Under the pieces are notes generated by a model, which was not told the origin of the DNA, searched no databases, and worked only from the letters and a program-made list of their open reading frames with translations. Below are positions 37,088 through 50,149 of a DNA stretch of 58,764 nt, piece by piece; positions within the stretch are counted from its first letter, which is position 1; every line of letters begins with the position of its first letter. The position numbers and the translations under genes were made by a program. The DNA comes from Leucoraja ocellata (lineage: Eukaryota), in assembly GCA_036785375.1 (NCBI GenBank), contig JAWMAR010004164.1, positions 1-58,764 on the forward strand. The letters run 5' to 3'.

Positions 37088-37378
37088 GGTGGCACGGTGG
37101 CTCAGCGATAGAGTTGTTGCCTCACAGCGCCAGAGACCACGGTTCAATCCTGACCTCAGGTGCTGCCTGTGTGGAGTTTGCATGTTCTCCCCATAACCAC
37201 GTGTGTTACCTCTGGGAGCTCCGGTTTCCTCCCACACTCCAAAGACATACAGGCTTGTGGCTTGGTAAATTTGTAAATAGTCCCTAGTGTGTGTAGGATA
37301 GTGTTAGTGCTGCTGGTCGGCAGAGACTCGGTGGGCCGAAGGGCCTGTTTCCGAGCTGTATCTCTAAACTAAAAAACT
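37088..37378 (+). mobile_element. tRNA-derived V-SINE (HE1-like), near full length
   Basis: A box ggtggctcagcg, B box ggttcaatcc, V domain gagtttgcatgttctcccc...ggtttcctcccaca and CR1-like tail gggccgaagggcctgtttcc...ctctaaactaaa. Confidence 0.85.
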
Positions 37379-37907
37379 AACCCAAACTTTTGCACAAGTT
37401 CACTCAAGTCTGGGAATATTCTCCCGAGTGAAATGGTTGAGTAAAGATTTATTATTTTAAGATGAATTAATATGTGTTGCATGTAGGAGCAATCTCATTT
37501 GTGTGATTTAGTTATGACATGTTTTATGAGTGTCAAATGTACATAATTCAAAATGAAGGGGTGCTTTTAAATTATGATGGGCTTTTAAAGGAATGAGAAA
37601 GAACATATAGATGTCTTGATTTCAAGCCCAGCTCGTCCAAGCTGGGAGCTGGACATCTGCCAGATCTTAAACTGCCTTCTCCCCAGGATATTAGTCCACG
37701 GACTAACGCTCGCTGGCACGTAAGTAGGTTTCACGCCTTTCAACTACGTTCAGTATCTCAGTACTAAACGCAAAGGGATTTGATGGGCATGTGAGAAAAG
37801 GGGGAGAGAGAGAGGGAGGGGAAGAGGGGGAGGGGAAGAGGGGGAGGGGAAGAGGGGGAGGGGTAGGGAAGGATTGTGTGGGAGGGAGGGGGAGAGAAAT
37901 ATAGATA

Positions 37908-38124
37908 NNNNNNNNNNNNNNNNNNNNNNNNNNNNNNNNNNNNNNNNNNNNNNNNNNNNNNNNNNNNNNNNNNNNNNNNNNNNNNNNNNNNNNNNNNNNN
38001 NNNNNNNNNNNNNNNNNNNNNNNNNNNNNNNNNNNNNNNNNNNNNNNNNNNNNNNNNNNNNNNNNNNNNNNNNNNNNNNNNNNNNNNNNNNNNNNNNNNN
38101 NNNNNNNNNNNNNNNNNNNNNNNN
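37908..38124. other. Assembly gap (N run) flanked by purine-rich and (ATAG)n repeats
   Basis: Run of n. Confidence 1.
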
Positions 38125-41100
38125 ATATATATAGATAGAGGGATAGATAGATAGACAGATAGAGAGATAGATAGATAGAGAGATAGAGAGAGAGATATAT
38201 AGAGCTATAGATAGATAGACAAATAGACAATAGACAATAGGTGCAGGAGTAGGCCATTCGGCCCTTCGAGCCAGCACCGCCATTCAATGTGATCATGGCT
38301 GATCATCCCCAATCAGTACCCCGTTCCTGCCTTCTACCCATATCCCCTGACTCCGCTATCTTTAAGAACCCTATCTAGCTCTCTCTTGAAAGTATCCAGA
38401 GAATTGGCCTCCACTGCCCTCTGAGGCAGAGAATTCCACAGACTCGCAACTCTCTGGGTGAAAAAGTGTTTCCTCGTCTCCGTTCTAAATGGCTGACCCC
38501 TTATTCTTAAACTGTGGCCCCCGGTTCTGGACTCCCCCAACATCGGGAACATGTTTCCTGCCTCTAGCGTTTCCAAACCTTTAATAATCTTATATGTTTC
38601 AATGAGATGCCCTCTCATCCTTCGAAATTCCAGAGTATACAAGCCCAGCCGCTCCATTCTCTTAGCGTATGTCAGTCCCGCCATCCCGGGAATTAACCTT
38701 GTAAACCTACGCTGGGCTCCCTCAATAGCAAGAATGTCCTTCCTCAAATTAAGGGGCCAAAACTGCACACAATACTCCAGGTTCACCACGCTATCATTTG
38801 ATGTAATCACCAGTGACTGAAGCGTGACACATCTTTCTGATGATACTGTCACTGCTAAATCCAAGTAATAAATCTCTGACCTACCCAGTTATGAGAGTAC
38901 GTCTAATTTAGATGGTGTTTTAGGTTGCTTAGTAACGGCCGTTAGTAGCCCTGGTTGTGTTATTGAGGGAGAAGGAACATTGACAAAGAAAGGGTAGACT
39001 GGGCTTGTTATATTCGCTGGAACTTAGAAGGATGAGAGGATAGAAACATATAAGATTCTTAAAGGATTGGGCAGGCTAGAATGCAGGAAACATGTTCCCC
39101 ATGTTGGGGGAGTCCAGAACCAGGGACCACACAGTTTAAGAATAAGGGGCAGGCCATTTAGGACTGAGATGGGGAAAAAACGTTTTCACCCAGAGAGTTG
39201 CCAATCTGTGGAATTCTCTGCCACAGAAGGCGGTGGAAGCCAATTCACTGGATGTTTTCAAGAGAGAGTTAGATTTAGCTCTTAGGGGTAACGGAATCAA
39301 GAGATATGGGGAGAAAGCAGGAACGGGGTACTGAGTTGGATGATCAGCCAAGATCATATTGAATGGCGGTGCTGTCTCGAAGGGCCGAATGGCCTCTACA
39401 CCTGCACCTATTTTCTATGTTTCTATGTTTCCTTTTCCACTTCTCAGTCCTAATTCTTAAACTGTGTGACCCCTGGTTCTGGACTCCCCCAACATCGGGA
39501 ACATTTTTCCTGCATCAAGCCTGTCCAATCCCTTAAGAATTTGATATGTTTCTGTAAGATCCCCTCTCATCCTTCCAATTTCCCAGTCGACCCATTCTTT
39601 CATTATACGTCATGGGATGTTGGGAGCAGATTTAGGCCATTCGGCCCATCAAGTCCACTCTGCCATTCAATCATGTCTGATCTATCATCCCGTTGAGTTA
39701 CTCCAGCATTTTGTGTCGATCTTCAAATGACGTCACGCGCTCCAGACGGCTGTGCGTACGCATGTAATCGCGCCCGACCATCGCGGCGGCTCAACGCAAC
39801 CACGAGGTTGCGTAATTTGCGTGCCAAGGACACGCAAGTGGGACAGGCCCTTAAGGAAGCCAGCAAAAGCAAGATTCATTCTTTGCCGGTAAGACATCGC
39901 TGGGCCGTGTAATTACATCGACTTCTCAGTTAAATTAGCATTACACTGGAGACCTGGCTCCTCCCTGACTCATCTCACATTCCCAGCGGTAGCCTTCACT
40001 AACTGCTGAAGAGACCGATGCTAATCACAGCCCTCCCCTGGAATTGTCTGCATGTTCTGTGGGAAGGAGCTGCAGATGCTGCTTTCCACCAAAGGGAGGC
40101 ACAGATAATGCTGGAGCAACTCAGCGGGACAGGCAGCGTCTCTTGAGAACATGGATGGGTGACGTTTCAGATTGGAAAGAAAGGTCTCGATTGGAAACGA
40201 TAGACACAAAATGCTTGAGTAACTCAGCGGGGCAGGCAGCGTCTCTTGAGAGGAGGAATATCGGTGACGTTTCGGGTCGAGACACGTCCCAAAACGTCAC
40301 CCATTCCTTCTCTCCAGAGACGCTGCCTGTCCCGCTGAGTTACTCAAGCATTTTGTGTCTATCTTCGGTGTAAACCAGCATCTGCAGTTCCTTCCCACAC
40401 AATAAAATGAGGCCATTCGGTCTTCTGAAGGAACTATCCCTGGACTGTTCCGTTGCCAGACTGCATAACTCCACATAGACTGGGGGGTTTGAAACACAAT
40501 TCCTGTGCATAGGCTCCCATGTCTGAAGAAGGATTTCGGCCCGAAACGTCGCCTATTTCCTTTGCTCCATAGATGCTGCTGCACCCGCTGAGTTTCTCCA
40601 GCACTTTTGGGTGAGATGCTCTTCTGGGTGAGATGCTAACTGCATTCCGTTGACTCTGTACTGTACACTGCACAATGATAATAAAGATTGAATCTAAATC
40701 TGAATCTGACCCTGCGGGTTTCCTCGGGCGCTCCAGTTTTCTCCCACATCACAAAGACGTGCGGAGGTTTGTAGGTCGACTGGCCTCGGTAAGATTGTCC
40801 CTGGTATGTGTAGTATTGTATTGTATTGTATTCAAATTTGAGACAACGAAATGAATTTCCCTTACAGGCAGTATCATAAAAAAAATCACAAAAAAAAATC
40901 ACACAAAAATAAATAAATAATAAAACATTTAAAAAATAAAATTGAAATTGAATTTAAAAAAAAAAAAAAAAAGCCCAAACACAGAAAGTCCACGACACAA
41001 CATAACATAAATGGCACCAATGCATTTCGTTGTCTCTGTACTGTACACTGACAATGACAATTAAAATTGAATCTGAATCTGAATCTGAATCTGACCAAGG

Positions 41101-41125
41101 TGAGTGTAGGACAGAACTAGTGTGA

Positions 41126-41360
41126 ATGCTGGAGAAACTCAGCGGGTGCAGCAGCATCTATGGAGCGAGGGAAATAGGCAACGTTTCGGGCCGAAACCCG
41201 GAAGGGTTTCGACCCGAAACGTTACCTATTTCCTTCAGGATTTCGGCCTGAAACGTTGCCTATTCCCTTCGCTCCATAGATGCTGCTGCACCCGCTGAGT
41301 TCCTCCAGCATTTTTGTCTACCTTCGATTTTTCCAGCATCTGCAATTCTTTCTGAAACAC
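41126..41360. mobile_element. Palindromic Penelope pLTR pair
   Basis: Head-to-head copies joined at gaaacccggaagggtttc; the same junction occurs at ~16391-16408. Confidence 0.8.
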
Positions 41361-41829
41361 CCCAGTAACCTTTGATCACTTAATAATTTAACAGTAATCA
41401 TTTATCAAGGGATCTAAGTGGCTACATGAGGCCTTGTCAAATGGCGATTACTAAATTATTAAGGTGGCGGTAATTGTTTGAATCCGTGCTATGTACCTTC
41501 GATTTTCCAGCATCTGCAGTTCCTTCTTAAACACTCCCATGCAGTATGTTGGGGAGATACTTATCCTTGATGCGGGCTGAAGGGCCTGCTTCTGTGCTAG
41601 ATCTCTAAGCTCAGTTGCATCCATTATAGGCACATTCTATGGGGAATGCACGCAGATTTTTTTTTTTAAAAAGGTCGTAGAGTCTATGTGGAGTTAGAGA
41701 GCCTGGCAACCCTGGATAGTTTCTCCAGGGATAGTTTCTTCAGAAGGCCGAATGGCCTCATTTTTATTGTGCAGGAAGGAACTGCAGATGCTGCTTTGCA
41801 CCGAAGATAGACACACAATTCTGGAGTAA

Positions 41830-42038
41830 TGCCCCCTGTCCCACTTAGGAAACCTGAACGGAAACCTCTGGAGACTTTGCGCCCCCACCCAAGGTTTCCG
41901 TGCGGTTCCCGGAGGTTTTTGTCAGTCTCCCTACCTGCTTCCACTACCTGCAACCTCCGGGAACCGCACGGAAACCTTGGGTGGGGCGCAAAGTCTCCAG
42001 AGGTTTCCGTTCAGGTTTCCTAAGTGGGACAGGGGCAT
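41830..42038. mobile_element. PIF/Harbinger-like fold-back MITE, subfamily B, inserted in a Penelope pLTR
   Basis: Homolog of 21664-21889; TAA duplicated in host ctggagTAActcagc. Confidence 0.85.
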
Positions 42039-44473
42039 TAACTCAGCGGGACAGGCAGCATCTCTAGAGAGAAGGAAATGGGTGAAGTTTCCTTCTCTCC
42101 ACAGACGCTGCCTGTCCCGCTGAGTTACTCCAGCTTTTTTGTGCCTATCTTTGGCCACATGTTATCGCTGCTCCACTTGTACACTTCAACATGAGGAGAG
42201 GAGTTATCATTCTGTTTTTGCTCAGCGCAGAAAGAATTGAATGGGAGTGAGCCAGTGATGTTAGTGGCCAAGCGATCAGTCACAGATATCGCTCCTCACA
42301 CTGACATCCACGTCCCCACAAATCAATTAGAACATTCATTGTGTGAAACAAAGTCCTTCCAAACATCAAGTCCTTTATCACTTTGTTAACCCTGCTCGAC
42401 AATCGAGTTACAGTCACTGTCATCGAAACATAGAAAATAGGTGCAGGAGGAGGCCATTCGGCCCTTCGAGTCAGTGCCGCCATTCATTGCGATCATGGCT
42501 GATCGTCCCCTATCAATAACCCTTCTCCCCATATCCCTTGACTCCACTAGCCCCTAGAGCTCTATCTAACTCTCTCTTAAATCCATCCAGTGACTTGGCC
42601 TCCACTGCCCTCTGTGGCAGGGAATTCCACAAATACACAACTCTGGGTGAAAAAGTTTTTTCTCACCTCAGTCTTAAATGACCTCCCCTTTATTCTAAGA
42701 CTGTGTGTGGCCCCTGATTCTGGACTCGCAACATTGGGAACAATTTTCCTGCATCTAGCTTGTCCAGTCCTTTTGTAATTTTACATGTTTCTATAAGATC
42801 CCCCCCTCATCCTTCTAAAACTCCAGTGAATACACGCCCAGTCTTTTCAATCTTTCCTCATAATGACAGTCCCGCCATCCCAGGGATCAATCTGGTGAAC
42901 CTACGCTGCACTGCCTCAATCACAAGGATGTCCTTCCTCAAATTAGTCTCTGGAGCTGTGCGGCTTTGGACTGTGGGAGGAAACCTAAGATCTCGGAGAA
43001 AACGCACGCGGGTGATGAGGAGGAGCTACAAACTCCGTCGATCAAACCCGGGGTCTCTGGCGCTGTGAGGCAGCAACTCTACCGCTGCACTACCATGCCG
43101 CCCCAACCCGTCATTCTCTGCTTTAAAAATACCCGATGAAACCAACTAAAACCTCATGCAAGATTTTCTCTTTGCATTCAATAAAGTGCCCTGCAAATAC
43201 ATTCCTGCAGTGTATATTTTTGGAAGCTATTAAATAAATGAAGCTAAGTAGAAATGCTAATATTAGGCAGTCAAGTGATCCTCAAGCATGGTTTACAAAA
43301 TGGGATTCATAATCTCAGCCAACAATCCCATCTCCTCAATTGGTTTGAAGGAATAGGGATTATTCCATCAGTATTTGATGAATTCCTTGCAATCATTAAC
43401 CACTTGATATTATGGATCTTGTCACTGCTTTATGAGCATGCTGTCATTTATAGAATACTTTTATTATGCAACTGGATTGAAGATTTACCCAGGAGATGAA
43501 TGAGTAGGACCCAGTGTGCAGTCTCTGGCACATAGACTATGTCATATGCTGAGAGAATGGAGCGGCTGGGCTTGTACACTCTGCAGTTGAGAAGAATGAG
43601 GGGGTCTTATTGAAACATATAAGATTGTCAAGGGTTTGGACATGCTAGAGGCAGGAAACATGTTCCCGATGTTGGGGGAGTCCAGAACCAGGGGCCACAC
43701 AGTTTAAGAAGGTACACATAAATGCTGGAGAAACTCAGCGGGTGCAGCAGCATCTACGGAGCGAAGGAAATAGGCAACGTTTTGGGCCGAAACCCTTCTT
43801 CAGACACGGCCACAGTTTAAGAATAAGGGGTTAGCCATTTAGAATGGAGACGAGGAAACACTTTTTCTCACAGAGAGTTGTGAGTCTGTGGAATTCTCTG
43901 CCTCAGAGGGCGGTGGAGGCCGGTTCTCTGGATATTTTCAAGAGAGAGCTAGATAGGGCTCTTAAAGATAGCGGAGTCAGGGGATATGGGGAGAAGGCAG
44001 GAACGGGGTACTGATTGGGGATGATCAGCCACGATCACATTGAATGGCGGTGCTTGCTCGGGGCCGAATGGCCTACACATATTGTCTATGTGATCATCAA
44101 AGGAACCATCGTCAGCTGAAGTACATTGGATAGATTGAGGGGTCTGAAGAAGGGTCTCGACCCCTGTCTCCTTTCGGTAAGGTTTAGAGGGAGATGGGCC
44201 AAATGCAGGCAGGTGGGACTAGTGTAGATGGGACATCTTGGACGGCATGGGCAAGTTGGGCTGAAGGGCCTGTTTCCATGTTGTATGCCTCGAAAGTAAA
44301 TTTACGATTCACTAAACTAAATGAGCACGCTGTCGTTGATAGAATATTTTTATTATGTAACTGGATTGAAGATTTACCCAGGCTGGAGATAAATGAGTAG
44401 GACCAGCGTGCAGTCTCTGGCACGTGGACTATGTCATATGCTGAGAGAATGGAGGTGATACAGGAGCAAAAAT

Positions 44474-44600
44474 GGTGGGAGATTGCAACCTTCACGTGGT
44501 CCGCCCTGTTTCAACGAATGCAATCAACCTGGTGTGCACAATCAAATAGAACAAGTTGTCCTACAACTTTAGGCTGTGCACGCCACACGCAAGAAGAAGA
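44474..44600 (+). mobile_element. HDV-ribozyme retroelement copy 3 (lacks the first two G residues)
   Basis: Perfect TSD AGGAGCAAAAAT at 44462-44473 and 44601-44612. Ribozyme body to 44525 with intact P2, P3, L3 and CGAA. Confidence 0.88.
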
Positions 44601-45425
44601 AGGAGCAAAAATAATATCTTCATAAATGTGGAGAATAGAGGATGTTTGCATGAGGCCAAGATCATTGTATATATTTACAGTAGTGTGCAGGGCAGGCTGG
44701 ATTGATGGGGAATTTGCCCAATTATCCCCATTTTGATGGGTTCTAGTAATGACACCAATCGGTGCCAGAAACTCCCACATTTCACTGATGAAGAACAGTA
44801 AAGCATGAACGGTTTAAGAAACATGCCAATTGTTTTTGTTTGTGATGAGCTTCACACAGCAGCCTAATGGAAGTCATTACTGCAGTTGACAGTGTTGGTT
44901 CTGCTGCATATCATCCGCTAATTCTCCCAGCTCCCGCACAACAACTCATTGGAATAATTTCAATTGGTGCCTTTTTCTGGATGACACTGAATCTTATGCT
45001 GAAGGTCCCCACTCACTCGCTGCTCTCTTAATGTACCAGCTGGTTGACCTTATTCAACACTGCAAAACTAAGGGGACTTTGTTCTTCTTGTTCTACAAGG
45101 CGCAGTGTGTATGAAGAGAATCATTTATGAAGGGAATTTGTTTATTTAGTTTAGTAAGTAAGTAAGTTTATTGGCCAAGTATTCACATACAAGGAATTTG
45201 CCTTGGTGCTCCGCCCACAATTGTATTGTATTGTATTGTATTCAAATTTATTGTCATTGTCTCAATTTGAGACAACGAAATGAATTTCCCTTACAGGCAG
45301 TATCATTAAAAAATAAAAATAAAAATCATTCAAAAAAAGAAAGAAAAAAATAAATAATAAATAAATAATAAAACATATTAAAAATAAAATTGAAATTGAA
45401 ATTGAGCAACAAGTAACAACATGAC

Positions 45426-45983
45426 ATACTGCGTACAGTTCTGGTCTCCTAAACTGAGGAAAGACATTCTTGCCATAGAGGGAGTACGGAGAAGGTTCAC
45501 CAGACTGATTCCTGGGATGGCAGGACTTTCATATGAAGAAAGACTGGATGGACTCGGCTTGTACACGCTAGAATTTAGAAGATTGAGGGGGGATCTTATA
45601 GAAACGTACAAAATTCTTAAGGGGTTGGACAAGCTAGATGCAGGAAGATTGTTCCCGATGTTGGGGAAGTCCAGAACTAGGGGTCACAGTTCAAAGATAA
45701 GAGGGAAGTCTTTTAGGACCGAGATGAGAAAAACATTTTTCACACAGAGAGTGGTGAATCTGTGGAATTCTCTGCCACAGAAGGTAGTTGAGGCCACACG
45801 GTTCATTGGCCATATTTAAGAAGGAGTTAGATGTGGCCCTTGTGGCTAAGGGGATCAGGGGGTATGGAGAGAAGGCAGGGATGGGATACTGAGTTGGATG
45901 ATCAGCCATGATCATATTGAATGGCGGTGCAGGCTCGAAGGGCCGAATGGCCTCTACTCCTGCACCTATTGTCTATGTTTCTA
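45426..45983 (+). mobile_element. CR1 LINE 3' fragment
   Basis: YCVQFWSPKLRKDI...RRFTRLIPG. Further copies near 3.8-4.2, 5.3-5.7, 8.2-8.6, 16.0-16.3, 18.7-19.1, 32.8-33.2, 35.0-35.6, 38.2-38.8, 39.0-39.4, 42.4-42.9, 43.5-44.1, 49.0-49.5, 52.5-52.8, 55.6-56.0 and 58.3-58.8 kb. Confidence 0.92.
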
Positions 45984-46104
45984 TACAGTGACAGTTACGA
46001 ATTACTAGATATACAGATAGAAATTCTAGATGTACAGTGCGGAAACAGGCCCTTCTGCCCAGTGGGTCTGCGTTGACCAGCGATCCCTGCACATCAACAC
46101 TACC

Positions 46105-46138
<34 letters not shown>

Positions 46139-47422
46139 GGGACAATTTTTGTCAAACAGGTGCTGACTGAGTGGAGTTTGCACGTTCTCCCTGTGTGTTA
46201 TGATTGTGTTTATAATTTGTTTGGTTGTTTTGTTGTTTGTCTTTTGCACAAAAGTCCGCGAGCATTGCCACTTTCATTTCACTGCACATCTCGTATGTGT
46301 ATGTGACAAATAAACTTGACTTGACTTGACTTGACTTGACTGTGTGGGTTTCCTCTGGGTACTCCGGTTTCCTTTCAAATCCCCAAAGACGTGCGGGGTT
46401 TGTAAGTCCATCGACCTCTCTAAATTGCCTCTCGTGTGCAGGGAATGGATTAAAAAATTGGGATAACATAGAACTAGTGTGAACGGGTGACCGATGGGCT
46501 CGGAGGACCAAAGAGCCCGTTTCCATGGTGTAGCTCTAAACCAAAGATCTTTGGGCATAACAGAGATGGGGTTCTTATTCCTAAAATGGCGGAAGTGACG
46601 TTCCGTTGCGCTCCGATCCGTACTACACATCAGTCCATTGGAGCGATCTGCCTTGCTCCTCTAGAATCTTTCCTTTAAACTACACTACATTTAGTTTTGA
46701 ATATAACACAGTTTCTTTCGTGAGTTAGACCATTCAGGGTAGTCTGCTTGGATTGGTAAAATTGCCCGAATTCTCTCCTAGAATATAAATCGGTTCAATT
46801 TGGGTCACGGTATCCAACCCTCATAATATTAATGACCTGTTCTAATGCTGAAACCTAATATTCTGTGATTGTGGCATAATATTGGGTTATTAATGATTTA
46901 TTTGTTTTTCGTTACTTTTATAGTTTGTCAATGGTCTGTGAAACATTAAAATCTAAATGGAAGCAGCTGAAAAATCCCAATAAAACCCACCAGAGCATTA
47001 ACAACGCTTTCATAAACAAGAAAACAGGGAAACATTAATGTTTCCCAAGAATGGGGTAAAACTATAACTCAAACCGCTTAGACTCCTTGCATCTCGTATG
47101 AATAAATTTTTACGAATTCGTAACATTTTTTTAATTACTTGTGTGTGTTCTGCGGTGGGAAGATTCTGCATGATCAGAATGCATGAACTAATTGCAGCAG
47201 ATCTCTGATACAAACTAACTGAGATGCATCTCTGGTCTGTTCAAGACTGTTCATCACAGTGGAGGCCAAGTCAATGGGTATTTTTCGGGATATACTTGGA
47301 AATGAGGAGGAATTTCTTCAGCCAGAGGGTGGTGAATCTGTGGGTTTCAATGCCGCAGACAGCTGTGGGGTCCAAGTCATTGGGTATTTTTAAGGCGGAG
47401 ATTGAATGATATTTTATTAGTA

Positions 47423-47772
47423 GGTACACAAAAAAGCTGGAGAAACTCAGCGGATGCAGCAGCATCTATGGAGCGATGGAAATAGGCAACGTTTTGGGCC
47501 CGAAACCCTTCTGGAAATAGGCAACGTTTCGGGCCCGAAAACCTTCTGGAAATAGGCAACGTTTCGGGCCCGAAATCCTTCTGGAAATAGGCAACGTTTC
47601 GGGCCCGAAAACCTTCTGGAAATAGGCAACGTTTCGGCCCGAAACCCTTCGGGTTTCGACCCGAAACGTTGCCTATTTCCTTTGCTCCATAGATGCTGCT
47701 GCACCTGCTGAGTTTCTCCAGCTTTTTTGTGTACCTTCGATTTTCCAGCATCTGCAGTTCCTTCTTAAACAC
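47423..47772. mobile_element. Palindromic Penelope pLTR pair with an internal ~35-bp tandem array
   Basis: Inverted arms (acacaaaaaagctggagaaactcagc / gctgagtttctccagcttttttgtgt) around about five copies of ggaaataggcaacgtttcgggcccgaaaaccttct. Confidence 0.85.
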
Positions 47773-49980
47773 TTAGATATTTGATTAGTACGGGTGTCAG
47801 GGGTTATGGGGAGAAGGCAGGAGAATGGGGTTGAGAGGGAGAGATAGATCAGCCATGATTGAATGGCAGATTTTAGACTTGGAGTCTACGGCCCACTGAG
47901 TCTGCACTGACCACCGAACTACCTCTACGCCAGCACTATGGGACTATTTACAACTTTACAGGAGCCGATGAACCTGCACGTCATTGGAGTGTGGGGGAAA
48001 CCGGAGCTCCCGGAGAAAACCCACGCTGTCACGGGGAGAGCGTGCAAACTCTGTACAGACAGCGCCCGTGGTCAGGATCGAATACGGGTCTCTGGCGCTG
48101 TGAGGCAGCAACTCTATCGCTGCGCCACCGTGCCGCCCACAGTTAACTCCAGAAATAGGTGAAAGAGTATATCAGCGATTGGGTGTTAGCAGAGTTTACA
48201 CATGAGACGGACTCACCTCTACAAGGTCAACATAGAAGGCGGCCTTCTCAATCAAACCCATTTCTCAAAATAACCAGAATGCCAGATTATGTCGCCGTTT
48301 CTGTGGGGGAGAGTTATTTACTGCGTGCCCGTGCCGTTAAACGTTGATTTACAAGCCTTCAGATTTTTTGCCGTAACCATGGCAACGCAAGTTAATTATC
48401 GGGAGTCACAAAGCAGAGACGGATTCTGTTCATTCCAGACATTTACAGGTTCAATATCTGCGGCGCTAATAAATGTTTTATCTGGTGTTTCAGATATGAA
48501 TAATTTTGGTTCCCGGCCGTTGAAATTAATTTATTTCCCGTTCGATGAGCGATCGAATCATTTCTTGTCTTTAATTTCATTTAATTAGCTTGTTTGCACA
48601 GTGACACGTTCTTAAAGGGGCATTGACCCATCTAATGGCAATTCCACGCTGGGATCAGTGAAGAAGTTTGCTCCTCCTACACATAGTGTGTAAAACATCT
48701 CATGGTAGCGCAGTGGTAGAGTTGCTGCCTCACAGCGCCACGGACCTGGGTTTGATCCTGAACTCAGGTGCTGTCCCCACGGAATTCATAAAGTCATAAC
48801 TGATAGCCATAGAATGAGGAGAAGAGGAGATGTAAGGACAGGTGTTGCATCTCCAGTGGATGCAGGCGAAGATTCTCTGTACAATCGGTCTCCATCCGTG
48901 GCCTTCTACTGAATGTTTACCTTTTCCAATTGAGGAGCATGACTGAACCTTTCATCGCCTTGCATTAGTTTTATAAAAAGCTTCATTGGTTTCTGTGTCC
49001 AGTTTTGGTCTCCTAATTTGAGGAAGGACATCCTTGTGATTGAGGCAGTGCAGCGTAGGTTCACCAGATTGATCCCTGGGATGGCGGGACTGTCATATGA
49101 AGAAAGATTGAAAAGACCAGGCTTGTATTCACTGGAGTTTAGAAGGATGAGGGGGAATCTTATAGAAACATATAAAATTATAAAAGGACTGGACAAGCTA
49201 GACGCAGGAAAAATGTTCCCAATGTTGGGCGAGTCCAGAACCAGGGGCCACGCACACAGTCTTAGAATAAAGGGGAGGTCATTTAAGACTGAGGTGAGAA
49301 AAAACATTTTCACCCAGAGAGTTGTGAATTTGTGGAATTCCCTGCCACAGAGGGCAGTGGAGGCCAAGTCACTGGATGGATTTAAGAGAGAGTTAGATAG
49401 AGCTCTAGGGGCTAGTGGAGTCAAGGGATATGGGGAGGACGGGTTATTGATTGGGGACGATCAGCCATGATCACAATGAATGGCAGGGCTGGTTCAAAGG
49501 GCCAAATGGCCTCCTCCTGCACCTATTTTCTATGTTTCTATGAATACTTTTATTCCGTTTTCTGTTGCCGTGGTGATTTGCTGCAAGGTTTCCCGATAAA
49601 GATATCTGACTGATTCAACAATTGAGCTTTCTTTACTCATTTCTGTCATTTTTGAGTAGTTTTGTTCAGTTTAGACTTGTGTTGTCGTGTGGGAAACAGT
49701 CCCAACATGTTCACGCCAGCCATCGATCACCTCCTACTCTGGGTCTATGTCCCACACACACACTAGGGGACAATGTACACAAGCCAATCAACCTACAAAC
49801 CCACCCGCCTTTGGAGTGTGGGAGGAAGCTTGGAGCACCCGGAGAAAACTCGCTTGGCCACGGGGAGAACGTACAAACTCCGCACAGACAGCAGCACCCG
49901 TGGTCAGGATCGAACCTGGCGCAGTGAGGCAGCAACTCCACCGCTGCCTATTGTTTCTATCATTGAACCGTGGTTCTCTT

Positions 49981-50008
49981 CTGAAGAAGGGTCTCGACCC
50001 GAAACGTC
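49981..50008 (+). ncRNA. Minimal hammerhead core in Penelope pLTR fragment
   Basis: CTGAAGAAGGGTCTCGACCCGAAACGTC; stem I is poorly supported. Confidence 0.45.
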
Positions 50009-50149
50009 ACCCATTCCTTCGCTCCAGAGACGCTGCCCGTCCCGCTGAGTTACTCCAGCGTTTTGTGTCCATCTTGGTTCTCTGGCGTTCTGTTGCAATG
50101 AATCCCCCTTTTTTTTTCTTTTTTTTTTTCCCTCTGTTTAGTGCTTTGT

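Noticed and set aside
37088-37160. tRNA genes
   Set aside because: A/B boxes run directly into V-SINE bodies, so these are SINE heads rather than tRNAs.
48906-49470. Recurring RT-like ORFs as host genes
   Set aside because: 5'-truncated CR1 ORF2 C-termini and their antisense frames; no complete reverse transcriptase is present in the window.
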